64,000 bases of DNA from a virus, in the IMG/VR virus record IMGVR_UViG_3300027754_000069, positions 18,689 through 82,688 of that record; one strand, given 5' to 3'. The translations under genes were made by a program, and so were the position numbers. Shown here piece after piece: positions 63,388-64,000 of this stretch (position 1 is its first letter; each line of letters starts with the position of its first letter). The notes below the pieces were generated by a model. The model was not told the DNA's origin, ran no database searches, and saw only the letters and a list, made by a program, of their open reading frames with translations.

Positions 63388-63894
63388 CTACTTCTTAGAC
63401 GGACAGTGCTGACAGCATTTAGATGTATCTTCTGCTGGGTAAGCTTTCTTTACTGGTATAGCAGCAACGGCTGCTCTTACTTGATTAATTAACTTAGGTT
63501 GATTCATCCACCAGAACCATGGGCTAGTGTCGTTACCCATATCTTCATTGATGGATACATGTAGATGCTTACGATGCATGTTGCTACCTGTATAATTACG
63601 GTCACCTTGTTTAGCACGTTCTCTTGACCAGATCTTACCGTTAAATATTAAATACTTAACACGCTTGTCTTCTTTAAGCTTTTGAAAAATATCAGCGCAA
63701 TCAATACCGTTAGCAGGATCATGTGTTAGATCAGTTGCGAGCCCAGTATTGTGGTCCGAAGTCGGGCTTTGTTTGACATGGGCAGCAGATGGTAGAAGAC
63801 CATCGCTGATCTTCTTGCGCTTCGGCTTTAACGCCGTCGCTTGGCGAAGCACAGCAATTGCAGCAGGTGTGGCTCTCTTGGCTACAGTTGTCAT
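63388..63894 (-). CDS. Endolysin, Zn-peptidase
   Basis: Homolog of 21235. Confidence 0.75.
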   Translation of the reverse strand: MTTVAKRATPAAIAVLRQATALKPKRKKISDGLLPSAAHVKQSPTSDHNTGLATDLTHDPANGIDCADIFQKLKEDKRVKYLIFNGKIWSRERAKQGDRNYTGSNMHRKHLHVSINEDMGNDTSPWFWWMNQPKLINQVRAAVAAIPVKKAYPAEDTSKCCQHCPSKK

Positions 63895-64000
63895 TCACGA
63901 GTCTTTCCAGCTACTAGTTCATACAGGCTGTCAACACGAAGTTCTAATCTATCGAGTGAGTCACGCATCGAGCTGCCTGAATTTGGTTTCAATTCTGTGA
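63891..64000 (-). CDS. 3' part of lysis membrane protein (truncated by window end)
   Basis: Matches 21738-21847 with one mismatch. Confidence 0.8.
   Translation of the reverse strand, partial: TELKPNSGSSMRDSLDRLELRVDSLYELVAGKTRE
63902..64000 (+). repeat. Exact repeat, copy 2
   Basis: Identical to 21749-21847. Confidence 0.9.

Larger units (their letters stand above)
21749..63901. mobile_element. Phage B, one full genome unit (~42.15 kb)
   Basis: Full non-redundant gene set; sequence returns at 63902 to the sequence at 21749. Confidence 0.8.

Noticed and set aside
1-64000. Integrated prophage, or simple concatemer/terminal repeat of one genome
   Set aside because: No integrase, att site or host genes; the two copies are diverged with different gene content and GATC usage.
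1-64000. tRNA/rRNA genes or alternative genetic code
   Set aside because: No cloverleaf or T-loop pattern in the intergenic gaps; standard code 11 gives dense, coupled ORFs using all three stop codons.

Overview
The whole window is phage DNA. It holds two related but diverged podovirus-like actinobacterial phage genomes joined head-to-tail in the same orientation. The host inference rests on WhiB, GAAAGGAG Shine-Dalgarno sites and leaderless promoters. Phage A (1-~21748) is partial: basic proteins, portal, terminase, putative genome-end region, rightward early module, leftward replication module, tail and endolysin. Phage B (~21749-63901, ~42.15 kb) is one full gene set: holins, tail fibres, capsid, scaffold, LysM and ejection proteins, portal, terminase, early, replication, tail and endolysin genes. 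From 63902 the sequence is identical to 21749 onward for the 99 nt up to the window edge. By eye, A has no GATC at all (first site at 21972) whereas B has many, which independently places the junction in the holin region. No DNA polymerase, integrase, tRNA or CRISPR array was recognised. Best candidates for new biology: (i) eight GATA/7-bp stem/3-4-nt loop/AT-rich hairpin elements with covarying stems that head rightward gene modules; (ii) two split replication enzymes, each with a conserved passenger gene between the halves (a proteasome-beta/HslV-like Thr hydrolase in the primase, a Zn-ribbon in the Cas4-like nuclease); (iii) a pseudoknotted RNA leader upstream of the scaffold gene; (iv) conserved G-quadruplex-type tracts at the two main control regions. 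All family calls come from motif recognition by eye; no searches were run.
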